This document shows, piece after piece, positions 1 to 14,879 of a stretch of 64,000 nt of DNA. Made by a program: the position numbers and the translations under genes. A model generated the notes under the pieces. The model saw only the letters and a list, made by a program, of their open reading frames with translations, was not told the DNA's origin and ran no database searches. This stretch comes from Gekko japonicus (taxonomy: Eukaryota), in NCBI RefSeq assembly GCF_001447785.1, contig NW_015163111.1, positions 1 to 64,000 of the forward strand. The letters run 5' to 3'. Numbering within the stretch: the stretch's first letter is position 1; each line of letters opens with the position of its first letter.

Positions 1-1355
1 CAGCAAAGACCAAACCTGCATCTTTTATACTGAGCAGCGGAACTTCTATGAGAAAAAAATCAACTTGCAAGAGATTCACTACATATTTTGTCTTTCCTTT
101 GCTGGTGGAACAACTATCTATTAATATTTAGAGAGGTTAATAATGTTCTGCAGTTCTCATGGTACAGAGACATACATAAACATGACTATTTGTATTAATA
201 AAATACATTGCAACACAGAGACAGAAACAAACACTTGTTCAGCTTCATTAATCTATATTAAAATTACCTACTTTGTATTCTGATCCTAAATGCATGTGCA
301 GTGCAATTATAACATTTTTATAAGTGCTACTGAATTCAATGGGACTTTCTCCTTACTAAATGTGTGATGGATTACAGCCTTACTTGGAAGTAATTCTGAT
401 TGCACAACACAGAATTTATTTCTAAGCACACCTAGAATATGGTTAAATGAAACAGGAGTCTGGTGACACCTTAAAGATGAACAGAATTTATTGCAGTATC
501 AGCTGTCATGAGTCAGGTCTCATTTCATCAAACAAATAAGGCTGTCATAATCTCAGACTAGTTTGTTTGTCTATTCTAAATTATTAGATTTATTCAGAAA
601 TATTGCGTAAAGTTTGCCTCTTATATTCGGCTAAGTACTTAGAAGTGTTTGTACCAGATACTTAAAATTCAATATAGCCCGTCCCTACATTTGCACTGTA
701 CCCAGTGAGAGTTCCATCAAACTAGTCTACAGCTCCAACCATACAAGCAGGAAAGTTTGGGCAAAAACTAACAGAGAGCGCCAGGCCTGTATGTCAGTAA
801 AATAATTTCATGAAGGCGGCTTTCTGTTTATTCTCTGGCTTGCCTTCTGCAAGAGGGACTATCCATGATGACAGATACACTGAGATCCTGTTATGACAGC
901 CAATGGATGTTTAAGATGTTCACATTGTTCCTGAACAAAATGGTGTCATGCCTTAACTGTCCAATACAACCCTTTTTGGACAGTTGGCAACCATATCCTG
1001 CTTGCAGCTTTAAGAGGCCTGAGAAAGCAATATACTGCAGCAGGTCATATTTCCTAGCCAGATGCTACTTTTTCCTGCCCTAATCTTTGTTACAACAAAT
1101 AGAAGAGAATGGTACCAAATGTAGTGCTTCAGGCACCAGGACTGGAGATATAACTGTTGCAAATGACAAGATCTCTGGGTCTGGCTCAGCAATCCAAACG
1201 GTTTTTCCTGAAGAAGCTGTCTATGATTTAAAAAACAAACAAACTTGCACTGGATTTTGCCAACTGCCTACTTTAAAACAAACAAAATGTACAGCTGGGG
1301 GGATCCTAAACCAAGGTGTATGTGGGGGCCATGGCACAGACTTGTAACAGACTTA

Positions 1356-1799
1356 GGCCCCGGTCACACTAGCGGGAAAAGCCATGGCAGAAGTGCGGCT
1401 TTTTAGAGCCGCAGCAAATTGATGCACAGCATCAGGATCAGACAGATCCCCCAAGCAGCGCCGCATTTGCTCCCCGGCACGATCACATGCCGAGGGGGAA
1501 GCGATGGGATGAAGGGCAAAGCAAGGCAGCTGCACAGTTGTGCGCATGCACGGTGTGGCAGGGCCTCGCATACCATGGGATACGGGTGCGTCGGCGATCA
1601 CACGCCCACCCATGCTGCGTGTTTCAAAGTAGGTACTAGTGTTTTGCAGGTATTTTTTTAAATCTGCGTTTTCGGCCGGAAGGAACGGGTTGGGGGCGGG
1701 GGCGCGATACTTGCCAGATGTTGGCATCTGATTGCGCCGGTTTAATCTGCCCTCAACCCGTCCGTTTCACAGGGCAAATCCTCCCGTGTGACTGGGGCC
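1356..1799. mobile_element. PIF/Harbinger-type MITE
   Basis: TIR ggccccggtcacac / gtgtgactggggcc with TTA on both flanks; CpG-rich. Confidence 0.85.
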
Positions 1800-2220
1800 T
1801 TAGGGTGGAGACAGTGAATCTGGCAAAGAAGTGTCAGAACCTCATCTGTTCAAGTCCTTAGTTGTAGTTTCCCCTTCCTTATTTTTTCATTGTAGTTTTG
1901 TAGTCTATTAAGAAATCAATTAAAAAATCCCCTTCAGGGGCTTAAAAGAAGAAGAAGAAGAGAAATCTCCTTGTGTGAAAAACAGAAACACTATTTGAGT
2001 GGAGAATTACCGTAGTCATTCTCAGTATGGAAGCTTATTACAGACTGTTCTTCTGGAAGATAGGGATTTGACAAAAGGTTTGAGGAGGCACAGAGTTCCC
2101 TCAAGCAAGTCAAAAGAGGTTATTGCTCTTGAGAAGAAAAAAAATAAAAACCTGGCCAGAGGAACAGGGGGCAGATAGGTTAAAAAAAAGGGAGTCTAAA
2201 AAACAGGGTTAAAACATAAT

Positions 2221-3025
2221 AATTTTATTTATTTATTATTTGCATTTATATCCCGCCCATCCCGCGGGCGGGCTCAGGGTGGGTAACATCATTAGAATAA
2301 CTACAATTTCAGTTTAAAACATTAAAACACGATAAAACATTATAACAATTAAATCAATGGGTACTGCTTGGAACAGCGTCAGTTGGCTATAAAGCTCTGG
2401 CCCGATGGTACAATGAGTTAGCCAGTTGTCGGTGGTCAGTAGACAGGTGACAAATTGGTGACAACAACCTCAGGGAGGCCATAAATTTGCACCCGCCGCT
2501 TCAACCAAAGGCCTGGTGGAACAGCTCTGTCTTGCAGGGCCTACGGAATTGAAGGAGATCCCGCATGGCCCTGGTCTCAATAGGGAGCATGTTCCACCAG
2601 GCTGGAGCCAGGACAGAGAAAGCCCTGGCCCTGGTTGAGGCAAGACGGCGTCCTTCGGGCAGGGACCACCAGGAGATGTTGATCTTTCGAGCGCAACGCT
2701 CTTTGAGGCATATATGGGAAGAGGCGGTCCCTTAGATATGTTGGTCCCAGGCCGTAGAAGGCTTTGAAGGTCAAAAACAACACCTTGAAGTGAATCCGGT
2801 ACTTAACTGGCAACCAATGCAGTTGGCGGAGCACGTGCCTAATGTGAACCTGCACAGGCTTTGACATCAGTAGGTGTGCCGCTGCATTCTGCACCAGTTG
2901 TAATTTTCAGATCAGCTTCAAGGGTAAGCCTGCATAGAGTGAGCTGCAGTAATCAAGTGTGGAAGTGACCATTGCATGGGTCACCGCCACTAGGTCTTGG
3001 GGGGAAAGATAGGGCTATCTGGCCA
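2221..3025 (-). mobile_element. L2-clade LINE 3' fragment
   Basis: ORF QNAAAHLL...LRQLHWLPVKYRIHFKV is a typical L2 RT C-terminus; (TTTA)n-like tail at 2221-2250. Confidence 0.88.
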
Positions 3026-3079
3026 TCCATTAACAAGTTCAAAAGAAGGTACAATGGATTCTAGTAAAAGCAGTGAAAC

Positions 3080-3205
3080 ATCACCTCTTCTGAGCATTGA
3101 GCAGGGGGTCACTGGGGGTGGGCGGGAGCTATTTGTGAATTTCCTGCATTGTGCAGGGGGTTGGACTAGATGACCCTGGAGGTCCCTTCCAGATCTATGA
3201 TTCTA
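3080..3205 (+). mobile_element. CR1 3' terminal fragment (different subfamily)
   Basis: ttggactagatgaccctggaggtcccttcc...tctatgattcta, a typical CR1 3' end. Confidence 0.75.
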
Positions 3206-6200
3206 ACAGCATCAAGACAAAATAAACCAGGGAAAATAACTCACTAAACATCTCTAGTGTAGTATAAAAGCAGTTTTGGATATATATTTGAACCTCTCTT
3301 TACCAAATCTACTCAAAGTTCATTTGTAAATATAATTTTCCAACCCCCTGCCTGTTTATTCCAATAAATCTGATTTCTGTTTCAACTTCCAGTGTGCCTT
3401 GGTGCCTATTTCTGAGGGAGAATTTATAAAGGTACAGACCCAGAGGTGGGGTTTCGGCGAGCTGTTTATAAGCGTTATGGAGCTAGAAGAAAGGGGGGCA
3501 TGTTTAAAAGGGGCAATGGACTATACGGAGAGATTTCAGGAGGCAGTTAAGCATTGAAGCAAGTTTTCGGGACTTTGGCAAACTTTGTAAAAGTAAACAT
3601 CCTTAAAAATGGCGACGGACAATGTAGTAAGAGCAACAAGCGATATCCAAGCTTTCTCCAGGAAGTGGAAGAGCTGCTGGTTAACCATTAGACCGGAAAT
3701 AATCATAGACTCTTGCAAACTGTGTCTTAAGCCTTTGTTCCCTGTTGGTATAAACGAGGTACTATGCAAGAACTGTGCTACATGTCAGCTGTTGCTTTTA
3801 AAAGGATTGTGTTATTTTGGAGCAGCGTCTAACCAATGATCATAGGGGCTTCCAGCATCGAAGTCAAATGGGCATTTGCAATTCGAAGGGCCTGTATGCA
3901 GAACATAAGCGAGGCTTAAAGTGAAGGAGTATCCTCCATGGTTATATCCCGATTAAGTCTGCTGGGCAATAAGGTGACAAGACTCTCTTCAAGTCGGGCA
4001 GTGAAAAGCAAATTGGAACGACCCCTATGATTGAAGGCAAGAATTTAAGCGGAACAGTCCTGGAAAAAGGAGAAGGGACTTTGTTTTGAGATGGCCAGTT
4101 CCTGATACAGCAAGATGGTGCCGCAGGGAAGAAGAAAGAGGAAAACAGCAATGGAAGAGAAAATGAGATTGTGTAATATCTGCTGAGGGAGACTTATTCT
4201 TAATTTGCTTTTAATGGTGGAGGGAAAAATAATGGTTAAATGAGATGCCATTGTTCTCTGTAATTTGTGTCTAAGTTAAATAGCGATTCTCCTGGACTAC
4301 TCTTCATATAGTCAGATTTGTTGGGTAGTTTTTACAAGCTATGGTGATGATTAATCACTCTCAGTGTTAAAGAAAACTTTTTATTATTGTTAAGCAAATT
4401 TTTTACAAGCGGTATGTGACGTCCAACCCTTGGGTTTTTAGTGGGTTTTCTTTTCTTTCTCCTATAGTGTGTAGATTCCCTCCCTAATTTCCTTGTCGTT
4501 TTTAGTAAATGCAGATAAAAAATCCCCTAGGGGGGGGCCATAAAAAGTTACTATTAAAGTTATCCATAACTTCACTCCCTGACATTTGGTGGTTGGCTCT
4601 TCCTCCTAGGGAAGCCATTTTGTAGTTGTGCCCAACACCCCATGTCAGAATTCCAACAGTGCCCACAGGCTCAAAAAGGTTAGGGAGCCCTGTCTTAAAC
4701 ATTGCCATGATATAAATCCAGAGTGCACTCTGAATCACTCTGAGGATCAACTGTTTTATTTTTCCTAATTCAAGAAGGATGTTTTTCTACAATACGCAAT
4801 AGAAAATAATCTGTTTCCATCTTAACACTATGGTTTCTTTCCTGGGCCAGGCCATGTGTGCCATAAAATGTAATGCTAGATACCAGAGATATACACTATA
4901 TAAAGGACAGCAGCCAGTAAGGTCCGAGTTGGTGCATGCTCACTGCAAGGCCCCATGGGCTGGGAGGAGAGTCTAAAGGAAAACCCATATGGGCGGACTG
5001 GAGAGCCAGCGGTGCAGCACTGGGTAGATGCCCCCACACTGCCTGACTGCTGCAGATGAGGTTGTTCCACCATGCTGAAGGCACAATTGGAGTGGCTCTG
5101 CCCACTGTTAGCCAAATTGCTTTATTTACAGCCATTGGCAATTTATAAATGGGTTCTTGCCAGTTTATACCAAGGTCCTGTTCCCACCAAGGGTTACCAG
5201 AAAAGGATTCGAGGCTGTTGTTGTTAAAATAAATGTCTTTTACTTAAAGAATAAGTCTCATACAAACAATACTGATGCACTCACACATTCAATCAAGTTC
5301 CTTAGAAATACAGTATTAAAATAAGCACAACTGCATTAGCAGGTGGGGGTGATGATGGGCAATACTTATCTGTCTTGCAGGTTGGATGTTCCAATGAAGA
5401 ATGGATGGGAAGAAATAGAAACTAAAGGGGAGTTCACACATGACCAGAACCAGCCAGAAGGTGTGGGTCTCTTGACTGCAGATCAAGAGATCAAAGTAGA
5501 GGCAAGGGTTTGGGGATAGCAAGTGGGACTCAAGAGGAGTAAAAAGCAGACAGGGGTTGTTGCGGGGGATGCTAGCTAGGAAGGGCCAGGCGAATGGTCC
5601 TTACCTTTTATAGTGGGTCCCTTAGGTGGGTGGTAACTGTTCTAACCTGTGGACCCACTTACCTGTTAGTCCGTCCCAAAAACAATCCTATTGGTTGCAT
5701 ATAGGAGTGGGAGGTTACCTATAAGGAGTGGCCAATATTGTAATCTAATACCTTACTCAAAGGAGGGCATCTGGGCAGGTCTGAAAACCTTGGCATCAGG
5801 ATGCTCCATTGTAGTGTAGATGAAGCTGGCCATTCTCATTGTGAACCAAATGTCCATTTGCCAGGAAGTACCAACGCAGGAACAAAGCAGTGATGTGTCG
5901 TACGTGACCACAAATGATTCTGCAATGGGGGCTGTCTCTGCTCAAGTTGTTGTTTCTTACTGCTCACAACAATGGAGGCGTGTGCTTCTTCACCAGGCTG
6001 GTAACTGTGTAGCTAAAACCTTATTTACACGTATAAGAATTGTGCCTTCTATGTGTTACATCACAACAGGTGACTTAAAATGTACAGTTCTCTGAGCCTA
6101 TGTGTGTGTGTGTGCACAGTCCATTGTGTGTAGCAATAAATATAGTTCATAAAGCAAAATATCAATCGCATTCTCTAACACCACTCCCTCCAAACAGTGT

Positions 6201-8015
6201 CATGTTCCCTCCCTTGCACTAGTTGTTTGTGGGCCACATAAGAGCCCTGGACAGGCCGGTTCTGGCTCCCAGGCCTTATGTTTGACACCCCTGCTCTATG
6301 GCAATACATCACCAATGGGTTCTCATCCCATCCCCAAACTCTACCATCCCTAGGCTTCCCCCTTCTCAAATCTCTAGAAATTTCCCAAGATGGAATTGGC
6401 AACCCTAGGCAGGAATTCAGACTGTAGCTAGAGATGGAAGAGTTTCACTGAGTCCATCTCCATTCTTATTTATTTCTCCAGTGCAGTCTTGGAACTGTAC
6501 ATTGTAGAACATCTGACATTAATGATGGGAGTAGGGGAGGCTACAATAATTAAATCCAAAGTCTATCAAACTGCAGTACTGGCGACGTGCGAACATGTGA
6601 AAAAATTGTGTATATAGGGATGAGAATATTGGCTGCACAAAGTAGGAGTAGTTACACAGACTAATAAAAGTTGCTGATTTGAGAATGCACGAGTAAAGTC
6701 AAGGTTAGTCATTCCCTTTTAAAAATATGTATAAAAGATTAGCCATGCAAAGAAATCAGCATCAACAGAGAGGCTAATGCATCACTGCACCGAAGGATCC
6801 TGGGCTACATGTAATAAAAGACAGATGTCCAGAATATGGCACAAGTAGGGTCCGAAGGACTAAAAGAGAGCTATTTTGATACTCTTTTATTGTCCTTATG
6901 AAACAGGGAGAGAGGATGGCATGTAGAGCTGGAGATCTTCAAAAGAGTCCTGCGTTTGTACAGTTGCTGCTGTAGTTTAAGAAAGGGGAAATGCTGGCAT
7001 TTTATGTGGCATTCCCACTGCAGGAAATGGAAAGACAAGCTCAGAAAATCCCTAATACAAATATACTGATGTAGCCAGACATGATAATACAAGTGTAAAC
7101 ATTTAGGTCAATGCCCAGTGATAAGGAGCGGCTGCTGGTGTCAGAAAATTTGAGAGCAGATGGTACACGACAGATTCATTAGGATGCATTTCGGACATCT
7201 GTCCTGAGCAGCAGTACCCAAATTGAGGTTGGGTAATATAAACATTCAGAAGATGGCCCTGAAACCTCCATATTATCTATTCCTGTCTTGCTATAAATGT
7301 TTTCCTTTGCCGCTTCCTTGGGTGTCATGCTGGAGGTGATGCAATAGAACATGTGCCGCATGAGTAAGCCAACTCTGGCTCATGCCTGAATTTGGGTAGG
7401 TAAGCAAGGATTCTGAGCTGCTGATCCCGCTTAATCTAATTGGTTTAGAACCTTGCACTGTGGACTTATGATCAAAAGAGCGCTCAGCTGGGTCATGAGA
7501 AACTGTCGAATTAAGGTTTAAAAATAGATGTGGATGTATATATACTTAACTTAATTGGAGAGTTTTTTAAAAAAAGTGTTGTTGTTCTCTGCATATGAGA
7601 ATTATATAGCCTAGGAGAGCCTAAAGCTGACAAAACAGTTTATGCCTTTGTGGGTGGGCAGCACTTGGTGGGAGGGAGCCTGGCAACCCAGGGATCTGTT
7701 CCTAGTTCAGCTGCTGCTGTGCAAGCAGAGGCCTGTATTGCCCAAGCATTGTGACGCTGGAAAGTGCGGACTACAGACACCGACAGATCTTGTCCCCACA
7801 GAGCCAGCCCCAGATGAAATGGCATTCCAGGCGAGGAGCATCTCTGGCCCTCTCTCTCCGCCACTGGCTCAATTTTTAAAATACCTTATTTTAAATGCAT
7901 TTTTAAATCCCATTCCATGACTGATGCACAGTTTGCTTTCAGGATTCAGCCGTGTCTTGGAAGTCAACAAAACAGCATGCTAGCATCTCCAGACCTATTT
8001 TTATTCATAATGTAT

Positions 8016-8329
8016 GAAGGTAAAGGTTTCCCTTGCTCGAAAGCCAGTCGAATCCGACCCTAGGGTTGCGGTGCTCATCTCCGTTTCAAAGCCGAAGAGC
8101 CAGCGCTGTCCGAAGACGTTTCCGTGGTCATGTGGCCGGCATGACTAAACACCAAGGCGCACGGAACGCTGTTACCTTCCCACCGAAGTGGTACCTATTT
8201 ATCCCATCTAGCTGGAATTAGAGATGGGAGCTCACTCCATCATGCGGCACCCGGGTCTCGAACTGCTGAACTACTGACCTTCCACAGCCTGCAGTTCAGC
8301 GTCTTAACCACTTGAGCCACCGCAGCTCC
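8016..8329 (-). mobile_element. Sauria SINE
   Basis: (ACCTTT)n-type tail and tRNA-like head; 12-bp TSD ttcataatgtat at 8004-8015 and 8330-8341. Confidence 0.9.
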
Positions 8330-11101
8330 TTCATAATGTATACAAGCAAATAAAAACAAACTTATTTTCCTCTATACGTTTGTAATTTTAAGAATACCTG
8401 AAACATGTTAAAAACAAGAAATTGTGCCTCATCAGTGCAAGGACCAGGGTTAAACACTCTTGCTGAAGGTGACAGAATGCTAGCCCAAGTTTGTACCATT
8501 TGTTACAGCTGTCAAGGCAATAGCTGAGTGGACAGGTAGTCCCAAGCCTGGCACCTCATGTTGCCACCTGGATCACCTGTCTCCACCTGTCTCTAAAACC
8601 ACCCAAACCCAAAACTGTACTGGCACTGTATGTGTGCGGGAAATAAACAGAAAACCAATTGATGCTTGATGTAGTGGTCTGCTCTGCATTCTACTTTGTT
8701 GCCTTCACGCATTCAGGATCCTCCATGGTATTCAGTTCAGTTCAGCTATTTCTCTGCTGCTACTGGCAATGCACAGAAAGATCGTAACATTCAGGGGATA
8801 TGTGATGTTCAGAAATCTACATCACATTTTCTTCTACTTTCAGAGTGCCAGAATCTGTCATCGCTCCAAGCCAGGTTTTACTTATCTCTTTACAGGCTAG
8901 GTGAGTTGCTTATGAAGGATAAGGTAGGCCTTATTGTGTTGTCTTTGCTCATATTAATTAGTTTTGGGAAAAAATCATACTCTTGTTTACTTGGAAAGAC
9001 CCTTAGTATATTCCAGGATGAATTTAACAGCATCTTATAATGCTGGTTCACACAGCATCAGATCAGCAACAGCTGTACGTGCCGCAGGGCAGTGAGTCCG
9101 GATGTACCTGCCAGACCAGGTATGCCGCTGGCATGTGCTGCCAACAGTACAGACAATGCTCTGGATTTCCACAGTCCTTCCACTTCTTTTTGGGGTTGCA
9201 GGAACTGGCTTAATGAGGAGGTGATAACATGTAGGCAGTTGAAGAATGGGAGCCTACACATACAGCAGATGTAGAATTTAGATGGTGAATTCATTAAGGG
9301 TTTGAGGCAAGCACCCCATACCCACTATTTATTTATATCCTGTTTTTTAGCTTACATTCCAAAGGCATTTTCCAATTATGATTAAAATGATAGCATCAAC
9401 AAGTCAGCCACTATTAATCAAAGTCTTCAACAGACCCCATAAACTCTAAGAGCGTACAAGAAAATCATAATAAAAACCCAGCACAGAACCCTTTCCACCA
9501 TCTTCAGAAGGACAGAATTGTCCCATGTCCTCTATCCTGGTATCCACATCAAGATCAGCTGTTGTGCCTCTATTGGTTTCACATGTATCTATTTAGATCC
9601 TTCTTTCTTGGACAAATTGAGAAATGTTTGGCCAGCTTCATGAGAGGTCTTCCAGGCACTTAGCCCCTTCTCAGCTATCTGATTAATAATAATTAATGAT
9701 AATTCTATAAGCTTACTCTCCCAAACACACCTAAACATTTTGCTGTGTACCTATTCAGATTGGCAATCTTAACAATAATGAATGGACAACAGCTCACCCC
9801 ATGAATTGGTACACCAACTTGCTGATAGCACAGTTTTGAACTTACATGAATATCAAACCTACCCCCTTTCCTTTTCTCTAGTAAACAACAATTAAATACT
9901 TTCACAGGGAATTTTCATATGTTAAACAAATGGGTAATTATGTGCTATTATTCCTATACTGTTCTTTCCCAAAGTGGTTTTTCCATTCTCAATACAACGT
10001 AATGGATTTTTAAAATGGGTTAAATGAGAAAACAAACCTTTGGCAGTAATATTAATATAAAACGTTTCTCAGCTGCTGTCAAGGATCCCCCTGAAGTAGC
10101 TGTGTGGCATGGTATGGCTTTACATCATTGGAACAAATGACTTTATGCATATTTCAGAGTAGTTACTAGCTACAAATCCATTACATCTTCTTTAAAAATA
10201 AAGTGACAGCATGTGGGCTGTATGCTGAGAAGTTTTGTCACCTGGTTGTGATCTGATGAAAATAATTGTCGTTAACTTTTCTAAAAATTCCCTAAACCCT
10301 GCTGTAGAGGTTTTGCATTGTGACTGAGGAAATACATTTGGCAGTATAGCAGCTGGCTGTTTCAAAGGCCTGAAATCAGAAGACAGCTTTATCTTTGTCC
10401 TCACAATTTTGAGAAGGAGAGATTTAAACTCTTCACATCATGGTAAACTGTTGGAACAAACCCTAGTTATTTGTGAGATTTGAAGGCAGGCAAACAAGTT
10501 TTAGTTGGTTGGCATGAAACTGGGATCTATAGATGGGTTTGTTAAGCACAGTCATTACTCACTGCGGGGTGCTTTGACATCTGAATTCATAAACCACAGT
10601 TCTATAGAGCAGCACTATCCCAGAGCTGTAACTACTTAGCCAGAGAGCACAATACAGGGAGGACATTTTCCTCCTGGGAAATTTGGAGAAGCAGACAGAC
10701 TGAAGTGTATACACAAACCACGACTTTCATCTAGTAGACTAACCACAGCTTGTTGCACAAACCATGGTTTAAACAAACTACATTTTGTCATGATATATGG
10801 ACCTGCACTGTGTTTTACAATAGTGGTCTCTTGTTTTCAAGGAATAACCAGGGTTGGATTTACAGGACAGGCCCTTTAGATAAGGAGAAAAGACTCCCGT
10901 TCCACATATATAACGAGTGAAAATGATAGTATCCCTTTTGTTCCCTTCACTAATAGAGAAGGAGAGAAGGGGCAGGTTCTTAAAGAGCTCTGTAAGAAGA
11001 TGGAGGGGAGCTCTTCCCAGTTTTTTTTTTAGCAAATTGCCAATTCATCTCCTGCACCTCTCCCTGTAGAGCTTTTCTTCATTCCACAGTTCAATGTACT
11101 T

Positions 11102-11321
11102 TAGGGTTGCCAAGTCCCTTTAACTCACCGGTGGGGGAGGCCGGTGCCATATGGTTCCCCCCCACCGACAATCTGGGCCACGCCCCCAACGTGAGTGACG
11201 TGGCTGCGTCACCTCCGGTGATGCAGCTTTGGGGGCAGAGTTCCCCCCGGGGCCCAATTCCGCTGCGGTGGAAATCGGGCCTCCAAAGCGGGGGTTTCCC
11301 CGCCCCCACTTGGCAGCCCTA
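11102..11321. mobile_element. hAT/Tip100-like MITE
   Basis: TIR tagggttgccaagt / acttggcagcccta; TSD atgtactt / atgtacac. Confidence 0.85.
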
Positions 11322-12471
11322 ATGTACACTTCACTGTCTTCACTATGCTGCTAGAGATGTGGATCTCACCTGCCTTTCCCTCCACTTGTGGAAATGCTTA
11401 GGGTGCTGAGTCTATAACTTCTTTTGTGGGAATACTTAATTATTCAATTAAGGAAGCTGGTTGACCTAGAGCAGTTCAAGCAGGAAGCTGGAGAAATAAT
11501 TTGTACAAGCATAAGTGTTCTGGAGAAATGTAACTAGGCCATCTTCCATTATCAGCCCATCTCTGTACACGAAACACAATTGTGTATACATGGTTTGGCC
11601 TGGCAGCATCCAAATTATCATCTCTTATGAAAAGGCCAATGCAAAACAAACACACAATTAAAGCATGTTAGATAACTATCTAAGGGCACACCATTGGATC
11701 CCAAGGCATCAGTGCATGAACAGAATGCAATTTCTCACTTGAAATACAGGCTCCACACTGCTTTCCGTCCTGTCCGCAAGGGTACTCCTACTCCAGAACA
11801 GCTTTTCAGAAGATGACAGGTGTAGAAAAACTATTTCGAGAGCCAAGCTGCTCTTGCAGTATCATAGATATAAGTAATCATTTTTTTCTTCAAAAGTTGA
11901 AAAGACCTGCTTAACCAGAGTTCCTATTGCTAGATTTTATTTATTTTACTATCGAAGAAACTGTGCTTTGGCCAAAATGTTCCCTGGTTCAAATCTTGTT
12001 TTTGCCACAAACACACTAGAGGGCATTAGGCAAACTATTCTTCCTCAGGCCCTTACTCTTATCTGCAATATGGGGATAATTATACGGGCACACTGTATAA
12101 GGCTGGTATAAGGAGTACAATAAAAGGATTTATATGAAGCACTTGGACAACACTTCAAGTGTTATATAAATGTAATTATTTTAATGCACGCTTTTTCCTG
12201 CCAGACACTGAGGATACCTGCCTGAGCAATTTATAGTTCTACATTGATTTATTAATTCAAATGTTTATATCTTGCCTTACCTCGTAGCACAAGACAGCTT
12301 ACAAATCATAATTAAAAATGTCACAGTTTTAACCAACAAAACACCAGGCAAGGTAACTCCAATCCCAGATTCTCGCTATACAACAAACATTGTTAAAAAT
12401 ACTACCCTGCGGTTTACACCCCCATTAAAATCCCTGGCAAACAGAATGGCCTTGTGGGGCCTCTTGAAGTT

Positions 12472-14879
12472 AAGAACATAAGAACATAAGAGACGCCAAT
12501 GTTGGATCAGGCCAAAGGCCCATCCAGTCCAACACTCTGTGTCACACAGTGGCCAGAAATACCAGTGCCATCAGGAGGTCCAGCAGTGGGGCCAGGACAT
12601 TAGAAGCCCTCCCACTGTTGACCCCCCCCCAAGCACCAAGAAGACAGAGCATCACTTGCCCCAGAGCCCCTAGCTATACCTTGTGGCTAATAGCCACTGA
12701 TGGACCTCTGCTCCATATGCTTATCTAATTCCCTTTTGAAGCCGTCCATGCTTGTAGCACCCACCACTTCCTGTGGCAGTGAATTCCATGTGTTAATCAC
12801 TCTTTGGGTGAAGAAATACTTCCTTTTATCCGTTCTAACCCGACCGCTCTGCAGTTTCATGGAGTGCCCACGAGTTCTTGTATTGTGAGAAAGGGAGAAA
12901 AGTACCTCTTTCTCTACCTGCTCTTTCCCATGCATAATCTTATAAACCTCGATCATGTCACCCCTCAGTCGTCTTTTCTCCAAGCTAAAGAGCCCTAAGC
13001 GCTTTAACCTTTCCTCATAGGGAAAGTGTTCCAACCCTTTTATCATTCGAGTTGCCCTTTTCTGCACTTTTTCCAAAGCTATAATATCCTTTTTAAGGTG
13101 TGGTGCCCAGAACTGCACACAGTATTCCAAATGAGGTCTCACCATTGATTTATATAGGGGCATTATTATATTGGCTGATCTGTTTTCAATACCCTTCCTA
13201 ATAATCCCCAGCATAGCATTGGCCTTCTTTATTGCAGTCACACACTGTCTCGACATTTTCAGTGAGTTATCCACTACAACTCCAAGATCTCTCTCTTGCT
13301 CAGTCTCTGCCAGTTCAGACCCCATCAATGTGTATTTATATTTAGGATTTTTGGCTCCAATGTGCATCACCTTGCACTTGGCCACATTGAACCCCATTTG
13401 CCATGTTGACGCCCACTCGCCCATCCTTGACAGATCCCCTTGGAGTGCCTCACAATCCTCACTGGTTTTCACCACCCTGAACAACTTTGTATCATCCGCA
13501 AATTTAGCCACTTCACTGCTTACTCCCATCTCCAAATCATTAATGAACAAGTTAAAAAGCAGTGGACCAAGTACTGATCCCTGCGGTACCCCACTGCTTA
13601 CCACCCTCCACTGAGAAAATTGCCCACCTACACTCACTCTCTGTTTTCTATGAACTAGCCAGTTTTTGATCCATAAAAGGACTTGTCCTTCTATCCCATG
13701 ATTTTTGAGCTTACTTAGGAGCCTTTGATGAGGAACTTTATCAAAAGCTTTCTGGAAGTCAAGGTAAATAATATCTATTGGATCCCCCTTGTCCACATGT
13801 TTGTTCACCCCCTCAAAGAACACTAACAGGTTAGTGAGACAAGATCTTCCCTTACAGAAACCGTGCTGAGTCTGCCTCAATAGGTTTTGTTCATCTATGT
13901 GCCTACTAATTCTTTCCTTAATAATGGTTTCCACCAATTTACCCGGTATCGACGTCAGACTGACTGGCCTGTAATTTCCCGGATCTCCTCTGGAACCCTT
14001 TTTAAAGATGGGAGTGACATTAGCTACCTTCCAATCCTCAGGAATGGAGGCAGATTTTAAGGAAAGATTACATATCTTTGTCAGGAGATCTACAAGTTCA
14101 CATTTGAGTTCTTTCAGAACTCTCGGATGTATGCCATCTGGGCCTGGTGATTTTTCAGTTTTTAAGTTGTCTATCAGTTTTAGGACCTCCTCTCTCGTCA
14201 CCTCAATCTGACTCAGGTCTTCCAACACCCCTCCTGAAATCAGTGGTTCTGGAGTGGGCAAGCACTTCTCATCTTCCACAGTGAAGACGGAGGCAAAAAA
14301 TGCATTTAGCTTCTCAGCCATTTCCCTATCATCCTTCAATACTCCTTTTACCCCTTGGTCGTCCAAGGGCCCCACTGCCTCCCTGGCTGGTTTCCTGTTT
14401 CTAATGTATTTGAAGAAAGTTTTATTGTTGGTTTTTACGTTTTTTGCTATATGCTCCTCATATTCCCTTTTTGCCTGCCTGACCTCAGACTTGCATTTTA
14501 TTTGCCATAGCCTGTGTTCCGTTTTATCAGCCTCACTGTGACTAGCTTTCCACTGCTTAAAGGAATTCTTTTTACTTTTTACAGCCTCCATTACTCTGTT
14601 TGTTAACCATGCAGGCTTTTTCCTATACCTGTTTGTGCCTTTCCTAACCTGCGGAATATATATTTTTTGAGCTTCTAGGATCGTAGTTTTAAATAAATTC
14701 CAAGCTTCCCCAATTGTTTTGACCCTTTCTACTTTTCCTTTCAGTTTCCTCCCCACGTGTCCCCTCATATCAGAGAAATTACCCCTTTTAAAGTTAAAAA
14801 TGGTTGTGTGAGTCTTTTTGGCCAATTCTCTATTTGTACAAATGATGAACTCAACAACATTATGATCACTGTTCCCCAC
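12472..14879 (-). mobile_element. Young 5'-truncated CR1 LINE with open ORF2 (RT) and complete 3'UTR
   Basis: Open 730-codon frame (12687-14879) with PGPDG, NYRPVSLTS, YLDFQKAFDKV, GVPQGSVLGP and FADD motifs. The 3' end carries (TTCTTATG)n repeats. The first codon is GTG at the truncation point. Confidence 0.96.

Noticed and set aside
5179-6068. Possible solo LTR (TG...CA ends)
   Set aside because: No clean TSD and no second copy in the window to support it.
12687-14879. 730-aa ORF as a host gene
   Set aside because: It is truncated CR1 ORF2 with a GTG pseudo-start and a retrotransposon 3'UTR.
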